Source: Candidatus Latescibacterota bacterium (GTDB lineage: Bacteria > Latescibacterota > UBA2968). Taken from it: a stretch of 64,000 nt of DNA. The position numbers were made by a program, and so were the translations under genes. Within the stretch, counting starts at the first letter, position 1; every line of letters starts with the position of its first letter. Location: the NCBI GenBank assembly GCA_965207885.1, contig OZ242311.1:3328001-3392000 (forward strand), read 5' to 3'. Shown here one piece after another: positions 29,001 to 38,563 of the stretch. Under the pieces are notes generated by a model. The model made no database searches and was not told where the DNA came from. It worked only from the letters and a program-made list of their open reading frames with translations.

Positions 29001-29749
29001 ACAATACCTCGATTGTTATTCACCGCAGCTGCAACAATACCAGCAACGCGCGTACCGTGCGACGATTCATCCTGCGGATCGTTGTCGCGATTGAGATAAT
29101 CGCCCGTTCCCGGCAAACCGGGCGCATGGGTAAAATCCCACCCCCTTATATCGTCGATATACCCATTCCCATCGTCATCAACGCCAGACATGCCGTTCAC
29201 TTCTGCGGCATTGTGCCAGATATTATCGCGCAAGTCTTCGTGGTTGTAATCGACGCCAGAATCAATGATCGCGACAATGATCTGTTCTCGAACGGGACCG
29301 AGATTTTGTTGCAATAGCTCCCAATCGATGGTCTGAAGGCTGCGTTGATCGCCGTAGTGAGGGTCATCGGGCACCTGGTGGTGCGTAAACAAATAATTGG
29401 GCTGTGCGTAAACAACATCGGGACGCAATGCGTAATCGGCTGCGGCTGCGACCGGATCGCCCGATAAATGAACGCGGTACACGCGCGTCAAAGGATGGGG
29501 ATAAACTGCCTTAGCACTTCGCGGCGTAAAAAGCGGTTCAATCGCCGTCACGCCATGGAGCTCTGATAGATCGCGGAATTGTGCAATTGCTGGCTTTGCG
29601 TTGCGAAATTTGACGAGAATTTGCCCGGGAGAATATGTGGGCTGCGCGTGTGCTATCTGTAAAAAACAACCACTAATAACTACAGCAAGCGCGTAACACC
29701 ACCTCAGTCCTCGCTTTTCTCTGTGTCTCTGTGTCTTCGTGTGAGCCAT
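26039..29749 (-). CDS. Secreted S8 subtilisin-like serine peptidase with FG-GAP repeats, Fn3/Ig-like domains and a C-terminal dockerin/EF-hand-like repeat
   Basis: Catalytic triad IIDSGVD, HGTRVAG, GTSFSAP; multiple D.D.DG..E/D repeats; C-terminal DVDGSGVVDFADFL and DFDGDGIVNFPDFL. Confidence 0.92.
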   Translation of the reverse strand: MAHTKTQRHREKRGLRWCYALAVVISGCFLQIAHAQPTYSPGQILVKFRNAKPAIAQFRDLSELHGVTAIEPLFTPRSAKAVYPHPLTRVYRVHLSGDPVAAAADYALRPDVVYAQPNYLFTHHQVPDDPHYGDQRSLQTIDWELLQQNLGPVREQIIVAIIDSGVDYNHEDLRDNIWHNAAEVNGMSGVDDDGNGYIDDIRGWDFTHAPGLPGTGDYLNRDNDPQDESSHGTRVAGIVAAAVNNNRGIVGVAPNAQIMALRAGLRRLGGIGFLEEDDIAAAILYAAENGAHVVNMSLGGPERTFILGDVIQYAHAQGVVLVTSAGNSGDELGYPAGNHYTIAVGAVNHADRLAGFSSTGASLDLVAPGVSILSTRLDNRYASGSGTSFSAPHISGLAALILSRRPDLSPHSVRNLLIASAIDLGPPGHDNDYGAGRVSGAQLADRLSTFDSLTVAIRSPANDEGEDTAFDIRASVSGAQVTGYRLSYGMGRDPQTWTRLAEGLPPQDIRQTWDVSAFADSDVVLRLEADLSDGVVVEDRVRVAIEKIAPSINALVCGDVLEDDRRVFECRWRTDQRAHGGIAYRYGTNFDTLYTGLVQNKHRVVLPHTLPSGVVTFHVLADGENNIRAVHPAQTIDYVPFRVPQNGFVERGTLPDGFLPDRASDFDRDGRLEIALMPYVGGGSYGSVHIYERQADGTFIDEFQSDERFLPWAIGDITNDGTDDLLGVTYERLVLFTDSFSNPYPAQVEFEQRGTWGGDFADVDGDSIPDIIARAGDQRGIRVIRNLGSVIREETFLVDPSEGGGDPGPRFVVADFDRDEQQEILAGDADGDLWMYEYRAGRYVQTWYLPGDGDARWIGGGMDLDGDGSVEFAVARAYTDAYEASNGFWELEIYSMRAPDTYAREWTTRIHGVATTGNGISAGDVDGDGLADLIVCLRPDLYAFRAEKPDHYRPIWHTPVGLMRRALIADLDKDFRYELLFNFDGAVHIVERDEPPVEVGSPQIIRARPLGPTRVEIDWMQVPDASSYQIYRAVGNGALDYFDEISDHTVYIDSLLTEGQTYRYQIVAADQNLRSGIVSLTPNRAPEVVRVETLSENQIQIFFSEEMGSDAALPSSYLLGGVGQPTSVILDRQNTRAVLSFAVPFPARYTLTILNISDVSGTPLGLTRIADIVDPSLLARADVDGSGVVDFADFLSFVRAFQTSDSTFDFDGDGIVNFPDFLIFANLFGRKVGAGG

Positions 29750-29762
29750 CCCACCCTCACCT

Positions 29763-30962
29763 TTATTTTTTTCTGCTTCTCACCTCACCATACTCAGAAG
29801 GCAGCAGCGCCACCAGAAGTGTTGCCGGGATAAGCACCAGGGATACAACCACAAGCGCAGTCGCAGTAGAGGTCCACTCTGCAAGGCTCCCCACGCCGAT
29901 CATAGCAAGGCCCGCCATGCCCCAGGAAAATCCCATCACCAATCCCGTCGCCGTACTCGTATTGTGCGGCAAGGCACGCTGTGCCAGAGATATATTCGTC
30001 GTAATACCGAGATCAAACAAATACCCCGCCACAAAAAACGAAATAAGCGATACGTATCCGTCTGTCAGACAAAAACCAGCGTGAAAAATTGCGGATGAGG
30101 CACACGAAAAAGCCAGGAGTTTGCGCTGAGACATGCGATCTGCCAGATAACCACCTGTGATGCGCCCCAGCGTGCTGGAAAGCAAATAGCCGGAAAAAAC
30201 CCAACCAATTTCGCTGGTAGCCCAGCCGCGAGACGCTCCCAGAATAGCTGTAAAACTGACAAATCCCGTGTGAATAATAGAGCGCAACACACTAATCGCA
30301 AAAAGCGTCCATAGAGAGCGGGCTTTTTTTAAAATGGAGAAATCGATTTTACCCGCAGTTACGCGGCGTTCACGCACGGGAACTTTTCGAGATTGCCACA
30401 GAATAAATGGCGCCAGAATCAGGACGGGGATAACAATAAGCCACAGATATTGGATGCCGTATCGCTCGACAATTTGCGTCCCGGTAATCGAAGCGAGCGC
30501 CATCCCCGTTGTTCCCCCCGTCAGAAAAATAGCCATAGACAGATTGGCACGATGCGGCGTTAGAGCAGTAACCAATCCCCCGGCGGTGGGATGAAAAAGA
30601 GAGGATCCAAAAGACGCGAAAATCAAAAAAATAGCGAGTGTATAAGCGGTGGGCGCAAAGCCTATACAGGAGACAAAAATGCCCGTGACAAAAAGTCCCA
30701 GGGCAACGAGGGCCATGCGATCGCGTCCATCGCTAAAATATCCCATAAAGGGCTGCGTGATAGAACCGCAAAAGACAATCACCGTGGGCAAATAGGCAAA
30801 CTGCGCTACCGTGAGATTGTAATGACTCTGAAAAAAAGCCCACAATGGCGGCGTAAGGACCATATAAAAATCCAACGCCAGGTGTGCAGCGGTAATATAA
30901 AAAACAGGGCGCAAATCCCCTCTTGAAGCAGAGCGAAAAGAGGGCGCGGTTTCTGTGGACAT
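29763..30962 (-). CDS. MFS transporter (Fsr-like)
   Basis: About 12 hydrophobic segments; H...D.Y, QP..G..SD, GSSLFHP, GGYLADR. Confidence 0.88.
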   Translation of the reverse strand: MSTETAPSFRSASRGDLRPVFYITAAHLALDFYMVLTPPLWAFFQSHYNLTVAQFAYLPTVIVFCGSITQPFMGYFSDGRDRMALVALGLFVTGIFVSCIGFAPTAYTLAIFLIFASFGSSLFHPTAGGLVTALTPHRANLSMAIFLTGGTTGMALASITGTQIVERYGIQYLWLIVIPVLILAPFILWQSRKVPVRERRVTAGKIDFSILKKARSLWTLFAISVLRSIIHTGFVSFTAILGASRGWATSEIGWVFSGYLLSSTLGRITGGYLADRMSQRKLLAFSCASSAIFHAGFCLTDGYVSLISFFVAGYLFDLGITTNISLAQRALPHNTSTATGLVMGFSWGMAGLAMIGVGSLAEWTSTATALVVVSLVLIPATLLVALLPSEYGEVRSRKK

Positions 30963-30977
30963 AGAATCGTCTTCCCC

Positions 30978-31337
30978 TCACAACCCGGCGCGTTGGAGAA
31001 TAACCTCGCAGAGTTTTTCGTGCAGGCCAAGAGGTTCGGTAACGCGGATATGTACATCTGGATATGCAGCCCCCGCTTCTGTTGCCATACGCGGAATATC
31101 CTCCGTGGCATGGCGTCCGGGAGACAGCATGTAGGGATGAACAACGATCTCACTCGCTCCCTCGCGCACACATGCATCAATGCCCTGGCTGATAGTGGGT
31201 TCGGCCAGTTCCATGTGCGCGACCTGGACAATGATCTCGGGGCGTTCTTGCCGCAAAATATCGGCAACGCCGTAAAGCATCTGATTGGCTTCTTCACGCC
31301 TGGAACCGTGATCGACAATGAGAAGTGCAGTAGGCAT
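30978..31337 (-). CDS. CbiX/SirB single-domain chelatase (CbiX-S-like)
   Basis: LLIVDHGSR, HMELAEP, PYMLSPGRH..EDIP, EPLG.H. Confidence 0.88.
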   Translation of the reverse strand: MPTALLIVDHGSRREEANQMLYGVADILRQERPEIIVQVAHMELAEPTISQGIDACVREGASEIVVHPYMLSPGRHATEDIPRMATEAGAAYPDVHIRVTEPLGLHEKLCEVILQRAGL

Positions 31338-31421
31338 GTTAGTAAATGCGAATCTACGACAAAGTTTGTAACGATACTGACTTACATCATGTCAGCACAG
31401 GCTCTGGGTAGCAGGGTGGGG

Positions 31422-31486
31422 TTCGTCTATTCGTCGATGAACTGGCCTGAGAAACGGCCAGTTGTACACCGCTTCGTCTATTCGTC
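31422..31486. repeat. 33-bp palindromic element copy 2 (31438-31470) flanked by 14-bp direct repeats
   Basis: ttcgtctattcgtc at 31422-31435 and 31473-31486; core tgaactggcc-tgagaaac-ggccagtt-gtacacc. Confidence 0.7.
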
Positions 31487-32968
31487 CAGCCACGCTTCAA
31501 TTCGCTGTTCATCCCCGTCGGTCCACGGCGCAATATCCTCAATACAAAGGCGGTCATGACCGCTATAGACGCGGGCCATCGTATCCTCATAAATCCCTTC
31601 TTTTCGCGCCTGCTCGCGCCATGCGACAAAGTTTTTGCGGTCGTATTCTTTTGCTCGCGCATCAATGCCTTCGCAATCGAAATTGGTGGTCAGCACCCGA
31701 TCTAATTCGCGGGCGTTTCCCGGTTTGTCATGGACGAGATCCGTGGTTTCGTCGGGGTCGTCTTTGAGATTGAAGAGCTCGGATTCAAAACCCGTGTGCT
31801 TGACGTATTTCCAGTCGCCCTGGCGCAACATAAAAGTGCCTGTGGCACAGCGATCGCCGTGGTATTCGCACATCGCCCAATCGCGCTTGCGCTCCGTCCC
31901 CTCAACGAGTTGCGAAAATAGAGATTCGCCGTCCAGTGCATCGGGATACGCTGCATTATCCGCATAATCGCCATAGCGAATACGCGCCATATCCATAAAT
32001 GTGGGATATAGATCAACGAGAGAAACGGGCGTATCGACAACAACGCCTTTTTGCACATCGGGACCGCGAATAATGAGGGGAACGTGGGATGATGCCTCGT
32101 ACATCGAGCGCTTGAGTATTTGATTTTGATCACCCGCCATTTCGCCGTGATCGCTCGAAAAAATGACATACGTATTATCGCGCAACCCCAAATCATCGAC
32201 CGTCTGAAGCACCCGACCAACCATCTCATCGAGCGCGGCGATCATCGCAAAATAGGTGTGCCGAATCTCTCGAACGAGGTTCTCAGAGAACTGTTTATCG
32301 CAATTTTTGGTCACGCGTTGATACGCAATCGCCTGATTGTACGTATCTTCGAGCGGCATCAAAGTCGGCGGAATATCGACATTATCCGCATTGATCAGCG
32401 GCATGTGGCGTTTCTCGGCAGTAAATGCGGGATGCACCAATCCCGTAGTGAGATAAAGCCAAAAAGGCCGGTCACTACTCGCGTATTGATGCAGTTGATC
32501 AACAGCCTGATACGTCCGGTCCCAATCACGCCCATTCGTCTTGCCATCATCTACAACTTGCGGCAAGGTCGTGCGACATATAGGACGACGAATATTGGCC
32601 GCGCGCGTCCACGAGCCAATGCGATCGCGGATGGAGTGTTTGCCATAGGCGTAGTCTATAGGACCGATGGCAGAGGTCTGATAGCCCGCGCTCTCAAATG
32701 TATTTTGATACGTGGGCACATTCTCGTGCAACCCTTCGTGATTATTCCAACAATCGTAATAATTGGGATATTTTCCACTCCACATGCTCGCCCGCGACGG
32801 ATTGCACACCGGACAATTGGTGTACGCATTTGTAAACAGCACCCCATCACTGGCGAGGCGATCCATATTGGGCGTGGCATTTTGCATGGCAGGATGGCCC
32901 ATACAGCCCATCTTTCGCCCATCCATGCTCTCGGCGTGAATAAAAACGATATTCGGTTGAGAAGGCAT
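31478..32968 (-). CDS. Sulfatase (formylglycine-dependent, choline-sulfatase-like)
   Basis: PNIVFI, CNPSRAS (CxPxR), SSDHGEM, ELFNL..DP.E. Confidence 0.92.
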   Translation of the reverse strand: MPSQPNIVFIHAESMDGRKMGCMGHPAMQNATPNMDRLASDGVLFTNAYTNCPVCNPSRASMWSGKYPNYYDCWNNHEGLHENVPTYQNTFESAGYQTSAIGPIDYAYGKHSIRDRIGSWTRAANIRRPICRTTLPQVVDDGKTNGRDWDRTYQAVDQLHQYASSDRPFWLYLTTGLVHPAFTAEKRHMPLINADNVDIPPTLMPLEDTYNQAIAYQRVTKNCDKQFSENLVREIRHTYFAMIAALDEMVGRVLQTVDDLGLRDNTYVIFSSDHGEMAGDQNQILKRSMYEASSHVPLIIRGPDVQKGVVVDTPVSLVDLYPTFMDMARIRYGDYADNAAYPDALDGESLFSQLVEGTERKRDWAMCEYHGDRCATGTFMLRQGDWKYVKHTGFESELFNLKDDPDETTDLVHDKPGNARELDRVLTTNFDCEGIDARAKEYDRKNFVAWREQARKEGIYEDTMARVYSGHDRLCIEDIAPWTDGDEQRIEAWLDE

Positions 32969-32996
32969 TTTTGTTTCCTATTGTAGGTGTAATCAA

Positions 32997-33956
32997 TTAA
33001 ACATCCACCACACGCCCTGTTTGTGCTGCTTTGTGCATAGCAAAAACAACGCGAAGAGCCTGGAGGCCGTCTTCACTGTGCGGATCGGCAAAGGGAGCAT
33101 TGGGGGCGGGACGATTGCCTTTAATCGCCTCGACAAAGTGATCGCTCGAATTGCCGTATTCGGGCAAATTCTCCACGCGCTGCCAGCCACCTCTGCGCGC
33201 AATCGTGTAGAGGCGGTCGCGTTCCAGGCGATAACTCTGCTTGTCAGTATATATGTTGACCTCATCCTGATTTTCGTCACAGGACTTGATACAGAGCAGA
33301 CTGGCACATAATCCCCCTTCAAATTCGAGACGCATATCCACCAGCATTTCCTCTATGTGCCCGGTCTCGTATTGAATTTTGCCCTCTACTCTAACTACGC
33401 GCCTGCCCGTAAGCCACGGCAAAACATCGGTAATATGGATCGTGCGCCTGTGCAACATGCCCCCGTCTTCTATACCGCGCTTTACGGGACTCTTCCTCTG
33501 AACAGCCGTGAGCATTTGCGGGGTAATAGCTCCCGACGCGATTTGCCTGCGCACGTACTCGGTACTGGGCATAAAATGACGCGTAAACGCCGTCATCAAA
33601 ATACAATTTTGCGACTTACTCAACGCCACGAGTTCCTCGGCATCCTCCAAAGTCACCGTAATCGGTTTATCGACAATCGCCGGAATACCGCGCTCAAGCG
33701 CCAATTTGCAGGCCGCGAAATGCGCCCGATTGGGCGTACTGACAAAAACCCCATCAATCAAATCCGGATCGATCATATCGCGATAATCGGTAAATACCCG
33801 ACTATCCCGCAACCCCCTATTGCGCCCGTCCAGACATTCTTGAGAAATATCGCAAACCGCAGTGACCTCCACATCCGACCTGTTGAGCAAATTCGGAATG
33901 TGATAGCTCGAACAAAAAGAGCCGAGACCGATAATACCGATTTTTACCTTATCCAT
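32997..33956 (-). CDS. Gfo/Idh/MocA family oxidoreductase
   Basis: Start MDKVKIGIIGLG just after the PhyH stop; VSTPN..H, VDKP. Confidence 0.88.
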   Translation of the reverse strand: MDKVKIGIIGLGSFCSSYHIPNLLNRSDVEVTAVCDISQECLDGRNRGLRDSRVFTDYRDMIDPDLIDGVFVSTPNRAHFAACKLALERGIPAIVDKPITVTLEDAEELVALSKSQNCILMTAFTRHFMPSTEYVRRQIASGAITPQMLTAVQRKSPVKRGIEDGGMLHRRTIHITDVLPWLTGRRVVRVEGKIQYETGHIEEMLVDMRLEFEGGLCASLLCIKSCDENQDEVNIYTDKQSYRLERDRLYTIARRGGWQRVENLPEYGNSSDHFVEAIKGNRPAPNAPFADPHSEDGLQALRVVFAMHKAAQTGRVVDV

Positions 33957-33957
33957 A

Positions 33958-35022
33958 TCAATCCTTCCCCAGGCGCAACCAACCATCCACATCGGGGGTG
34001 AGTTCGCGCCAGTGGCTGGTAATCGCCTGCGCTTCTTCAAGGCCCATTTTGCTCCTGTCTTCATAAGATGCGGGCGCGCCCTTTTCAGTGAGATAATCCA
34101 GACAGCGAACCCACATTGCGCTCCATACGTAGGCATTGTGCAGTTCTGTTTCTGGAGCCGAGCGGCTGCGCGCAACAAAACCCGGTATAAACGGACGACC
34201 AGAGGGCTGTCCAATAGGCAAATAACGGAAATTATAAGCCCAGCGATAATCTTCACGACTCGTGTTGGGCGTAGAGCTGTGCATCACTTTATTATCTAAA
34301 AAAACAATATCACCAGGATCAACGGGCAGAGTAATTCCCTGCGTGTCGAGATCTTCTGGAAAAGGATGGTATTTAACGCCTTCTTTGTGACTGCCGGGAA
34401 TGACCACCAAACAGCCATTTTCTTCGGCCGCATGGGTAATCGGAATCCACGCATTGACAATCTCGCTCTCATGAGAATCTCTCAGGCCCGAACCTGCGTC
34501 CATGTGCCATCCTGTTTTGCCCACCTGAAATGTATAAAACCCTTCCTTTGAAAGATCTGCACCCACAGACCCGGCCACCTGATCTGCCAGCTTGAGATGA
34601 TCGGACGCGAGCTTGAGATTAAAATGGTAAATCGGCGACGCAGCTATCTCCGGCCCGATAAGAACTTCCAAAACATCTAAGACTTTTGGATGGCGCATAA
34701 GAGCAAACATTTCGGGAATCCGCGCATCTGGCAGGTCTTTGCGCCACTGAAAAGTCGGAACAAAGATATTCAGCACGGGATCGAGATGGTGTAAAACCGT
34801 TCCCCGACTGGCTCCGAGCGACATTGCAAACCGCTCGGGCAAAGACATCTCATCAAATCTATCCAGTGCCTCAGAATTAGTCTCAACCAGATAAATCCGC
34901 GCCAGCGCATATAGAAGCTCAGAATAGGCTTTTTGCAAGGGATAAATATCCTGCTCGATATTGAGCACATCTTTGACAACAATGTATCCCTCTTCTACGT
35001 ATTGTTCTTTTAATGACGACAT
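33958..35022 (-). CDS. Phytanoyl-CoA dioxygenase (PhyH) family 2OG-Fe(II) oxygenase
   Basis: WHMD (HxD), NAWIP...ENGCL.VIPGSH, MHSS.PN.S...R. Confidence 0.9.
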   Translation of the reverse strand: MSSLKEQYVEEGYIVVKDVLNIEQDIYPLQKAYSELLYALARIYLVETNSEALDRFDEMSLPERFAMSLGASRGTVLHHLDPVLNIFVPTFQWRKDLPDARIPEMFALMRHPKVLDVLEVLIGPEIAASPIYHFNLKLASDHLKLADQVAGSVGADLSKEGFYTFQVGKTGWHMDAGSGLRDSHESEIVNAWIPITHAAEENGCLVVIPGSHKEGVKYHPFPEDLDTQGITLPVDPGDIVFLDNKVMHSSTPNTSREDYRWAYNFRYLPIGQPSGRPFIPGFVARSRSAPETELHNAYVWSAMWVRCLDYLTEKGAPASYEDRSKMGLEEAQAITSHWRELTPDVDGWLRLGKD

Positions 35023-35073
35023 ATATGGTCTCCTATATTGATCATCAGTGATTAGTAATCTATTGTCAACTTC

Positions 35074-35106
35074 CCCATCTTGGACGCCTGCCTAAAGCCG
35101 CAATCC
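35074..35106. repeat. Collapsed or truncated REP-like doublet
   Basis: cccatcttggacgcctgcctaa-agccgcaatcc matches the left end and right end of the doublet at 38558-38643. Confidence 0.55.
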
Positions 35107-36069
35107 CTACAGATATTCACAGTTATCAAAAGCCCAGCGTAATGCCTCTATGGATTCATTGGTCGCCGCGGCAATTTCATTAACGGGATTTTCGGTGGGC
35201 AGCATATAAAACGCATGCGTCATACCAATATAACGCCGTGTGACAGCATCAATCCCTGCCGCTTTTAAGGCATGGCCATAATCTTCGGCCTCGTCTCGGA
35301 GGGGATCAAATTCAGCGGTCATAACCAATGCGGGCGGCAAGCCAGACATATCAGAAGCGCAAATGGGCGCGACATCGGGATGATTGCGGTCTGCGATATT
35401 GGGAACATAACAATCCCAGAACCACTTCATCGCACTGGCCGTAAGCAAATACCCTTCGGCATTTTCAGAATAAGAGACACGATCAAAATTTGCCTCAATA
35501 ACGGGATAAACGAGCAATTGAAAAACGAGATTTAATCCCGCATCTCGGGCGCGAAGGGCGACACAGGCAGCCAGATTGCCCCCGGCACTATCGCCAGCCA
35601 CGGCAATGTGGGAAGAATCAATCCCCAATTCATCCGCTGAAGATGCCGCCCATAACGTAGCGGCAAAACAATCGTCAATTGCACCGGGGAAAGGCGTTTC
35701 TGGCGCGCGGCGGTAGTCAACTGAAACGACAACACACCCTACATCATGCGCGAGTTTTCTGCATTTAAACTCCCCAGTATCGAGATCGCCCAGCACCCAT
35801 CCCCCGCCGTGAAACCACATGAGAAGCGGCAACCCTTGATCCTCATTGGGGCGATAAATGCGAATGGGAATCTCCCCCGTTTCACTCGATATCGCGCTAT
35901 CTTCCACATGATAAATAGGCGGCAGCATATCATCTGGCATTTTGCGCGAATCGTTAAAAGCCCTTGCAGCTGCCACCCCTTCGCTGTGCAAATCCGTCAG
36001 ACCATCCTCGTGCATTGCGTTTTCAAATGTCTGCACGAATTTCTGTATCTCCGGATGTGGTTGGCTCAT
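35107..36069 (-). CDS. Alpha/beta hydrolase, HSL family esterase
   Basis: HGGGW, GDSAGG, DPLRDE, H near the C-terminus; start MSQPHP. Confidence 0.93.
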   Translation of the reverse strand: MSQPHPEIQKFVQTFENAMHEDGLTDLHSEGVAAARAFNDSRKMPDDMLPPIYHVEDSAISSETGEIPIRIYRPNEDQGLPLLMWFHGGGWVLGDLDTGEFKCRKLAHDVGCVVVSVDYRRAPETPFPGAIDDCFAATLWAASSADELGIDSSHIAVAGDSAGGNLAACVALRARDAGLNLVFQLLVYPVIEANFDRVSYSENAEGYLLTASAMKWFWDCYVPNIADRNHPDVAPICASDMSGLPPALVMTAEFDPLRDEAEDYGHALKAAGIDAVTRRYIGMTHAFYMLPTENPVNEIAAATNESIEALRWAFDNCEYL

Positions 36070-36080
36070 ATTTATATCCC

Positions 36081-37541
36081 TCACTCTGGCATTGGAACGG
36101 GTCTCGCATCCTCTGTGCGAATACTCCAATCCGCCAATTTTAATTGCAAATCTGCGATAACATCGCGGTGATCGGCATTATCTATCACATTGTACAATTC
36201 CCAGGGATCGTTCACCAGATCGTACAACTCATCCCGATCCCCCATAGGATCATGCACGTACTTCCATTCGGCAGTACGCACCATCTTGCGGCGGCCCTCA
36301 GCTTCGCGCCATTGCAAAGACTGCCCAATAGCCCGCCTTCCCCATGGCTTCTCAAGCTGCTCTAAATCTGCCATAGTAAATGCCGGTCCTCCTGCGCCGT
36401 ATTCTGAAAAAGCCGCATCTCTCGGCGCTGTATCCGTAACCGTGGGCAATCCCTCCCCGTACATAGAACGCGGCACATCGTGCCCCTGCAATTGCAAAAC
36501 CGTCGGCACAATATCGATCAAATTGACACAACTCTCATCTACCACGCCCTGCGGGATCTGTCCCGGACACGACACGATAAGCGGCACGCGCGTCAAACAA
36601 TCGTAAAACGCACCTCCTTTGGCGATCTGCGCGTGCTCACCCGAAAAATCGCCGTGATCTGCACAGAAAACCACAACCGTATTCTCGCGCAAATTGAGCC
36701 TGTCCAGCGCATCTAAAATCTGCCCCACGCCATCATCCAAAAAACGCACCATTCCGTGATACACGCCCACGCATCCCTTTACGTCTTCAATCGGATCATC
36801 TTCCACCCCAATCATCGCATGCAAGACCCGATTGCGTTCGGGCGCTGTACCATCGCTATACTCATCCGCTCGCCAGGGTGGCATCACCACATCATCGAGT
36901 GCAATCGCATACCGCTCGGGACATTCATACGGCGTATGAGGATCGGGAATGGAAACCCACAGCGCGAATGGATCATTGCCAAATTGCTCCAAAAACCGCA
37001 CGGTCTGTCCCGCCACCAACCCGGTCGAATAATCCTCCAGCGGAAAATCGCTAACCCCATAGGAAAATTGCGGACTAATATCCGGCAAATTCCTTCTCAC
37101 CGCATGTGCCGCATTGATCGACTCACGGGACCGAAACCAATCCATTCCCTTTGTCGCGGAGCCTCTGGGCAATCCTCCATGTCCGATCTCACACCACACA
37201 TCGAACAAATCGAGATCGCTTTGTTGCTCAAAACAGTGATTTTTCCCAATCAGTCCACACCGATATCCCGCAGCTTTCCACAGCTTAAACGCATGCGTCG
37301 CATCCCCAGGCATCAGCGTCTGATTTCGCCGCCCACCGTGCGAATGAGGAAACTGGGAGGTCCAAAACGAAATGCGGCACGGCACACACAGCGGATGCGG
37401 CGTAACAGCGTGTTTGAACAACACCCCTTCATTCGCCATCCGCTCCAACGACGGTGTCTGACAAAACGCACTGCCGTATAAATGGCTCGCCGTTGCCTTC
37501 ATCTGATCGCTCATAATAACGATTACATTGGGTTGGTTCAT
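36081..37541 (-). CDS. Sulfatase
   Basis: PNVIVIMSDQ, CVPCR, GKNH, ADHGD, ELYDL..DP.E. Confidence 0.92.
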   Translation of the reverse strand: MNQPNVIVIMSDQMKATASHLYGSAFCQTPSLERMANEGVLFKHAVTPHPLCVPCRISFWTSQFPHSHGGRRNQTLMPGDATHAFKLWKAAGYRCGLIGKNHCFEQQSDLDLFDVWCEIGHGGLPRGSATKGMDWFRSRESINAAHAVRRNLPDISPQFSYGVSDFPLEDYSTGLVAGQTVRFLEQFGNDPFALWVSIPDPHTPYECPERYAIALDDVVMPPWRADEYSDGTAPERNRVLHAMIGVEDDPIEDVKGCVGVYHGMVRFLDDGVGQILDALDRLNLRENTVVVFCADHGDFSGEHAQIAKGGAFYDCLTRVPLIVSCPGQIPQGVVDESCVNLIDIVPTVLQLQGHDVPRSMYGEGLPTVTDTAPRDAAFSEYGAGGPAFTMADLEQLEKPWGRRAIGQSLQWREAEGRRKMVRTAEWKYVHDPMGDRDELYDLVNDPWELYNVIDNADHRDVIADLQLKLADWSIRTEDARPVPMPE

Positions 37542-38524
37542 ACATCCTCTCCATTGACCATCACCGGTTCACCACTCTCGGCACTGAGCTTCACCGCCTC
37601 AATCACAGCCATCGTATGCCGCACAGACCTGCCATTGGCATCGGGCACTTTTCCATTGAGACAACAATCTACAAATTCGGCAATCTGACTGGGCATCCCT
37701 ACCCGCGATGTCACATCTACGGGCACTTCTTTGCCATTGACCATCAATTTCTGATTGGTCATCCAAATAGATCCCTCACTACCCATAATATACGTATCGT
37801 GTGCGCCAGTATGCGTCACCACAGTTTGCGTCAGCACACTTACCGTGCCATCTTTGTGATTCATAATCGTCGAATAAGAATCCTTTTGCCCTGCGTATCG
37901 CTCTGCGCTTTCACTGCCTTGCGAATATACCTTAACCACGGGGGAATCGATATACCAGGGTAAAATATCGTACTCGTGCGGACCAAAACAATACAAAACA
38001 CAAACACCGCCCAATTCCAAATCGAGATACCACGATCGGTCAGGCGGATCAAAATTGCCGTATCGCCTGCGGATCATGTGCCCGACCTCGCCAATCGCAC
38101 CCTCCTGAATCAGCGCCTTCACCTTTAAATTCACTGGAAAGTGCCGCATCACCTGCCCCACCATCAGCACCACACCGGCATCCTCACACGCAGCAATCAT
38201 GCGATCGCATTCGGCCACAGACAGCGCCATTGGCTTTTCAACCAGCACATGTTTTCCAGCACGCGCAGCGGCAACCACCTGCTCGGCGTGTACTTTGTGA
38301 ATCGAACACACATGCACGGCATCCACTTCGGGATCATTCAACAAATCATCCAACACCCCATAAGCGCGGGCTTTGTGCTCAGTCGCAAGAGCCTCTGCCC
38401 GACTGCGGTCAATATCCATAACCGCCGCCAGACGGATATTTTCATTCGCCGCAATACCGCGCGCATGTCCTCCCGCATTCGAACCTGCACCAATCAGCCC
38501 AACAGATAAAATGTCTTTCATCAT
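37538..38524 (-). CDS. Gfo/Idh/MocA family oxidoreductase
   Basis: VGLIGAG, HVLVEKPMA; start MMKDIL. Confidence 0.9.
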   Translation of the reverse strand: MMKDILSVGLIGAGSNAGGHARGIAANENIRLAAVMDIDRSRAEALATEHKARAYGVLDDLLNDPEVDAVHVCSIHKVHAEQVVAAARAGKHVLVEKPMALSVAECDRMIAACEDAGVVLMVGQVMRHFPVNLKVKALIQEGAIGEVGHMIRRRYGNFDPPDRSWYLDLELGGVCVLYCFGPHEYDILPWYIDSPVVKVYSQGSESAERYAGQKDSYSTIMNHKDGTVSVLTQTVVTHTGAHDTYIMGSEGSIWMTNQKLMVNGKEVPVDVTSRVGMPSQIAEFVDCCLNGKVPDANGRSVRHTMAVIEAVKLSAESGEPVMVNGEDV

Positions 38525-38563
38525 ATTACCCCGCAATTTGACAAGAATTAAAAGCATCCCATC

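Noticed and set aside
27926-29317. Long antisense ORFs (463 aa here; also 2950-3864, 32120-32986, 51742-52536, 54455-55348, 57345-58214)
   Set aside because: They shadow well-supported genes on the opposite strand and have no recognisable motifs.
29719-29745. Octamer-like tandem repeat (ctctgtgt) at the start of the S8 gene as a phase-variation tract
   Set aside because: Only about two units and the reading frame stays intact; too short to support slippage.
31422-31486. Mini CRISPR array
   Set aside because: Only two 14-bp repeats, too short for CRISPR repeats; no cas genes; the intervening sequence is itself a dispersed repeat.
33958-35022. 2OG-Fe(II) halogenase
   Set aside because: It retains HxD (HMD); halogenases replace the Asp with Ala or Gly.
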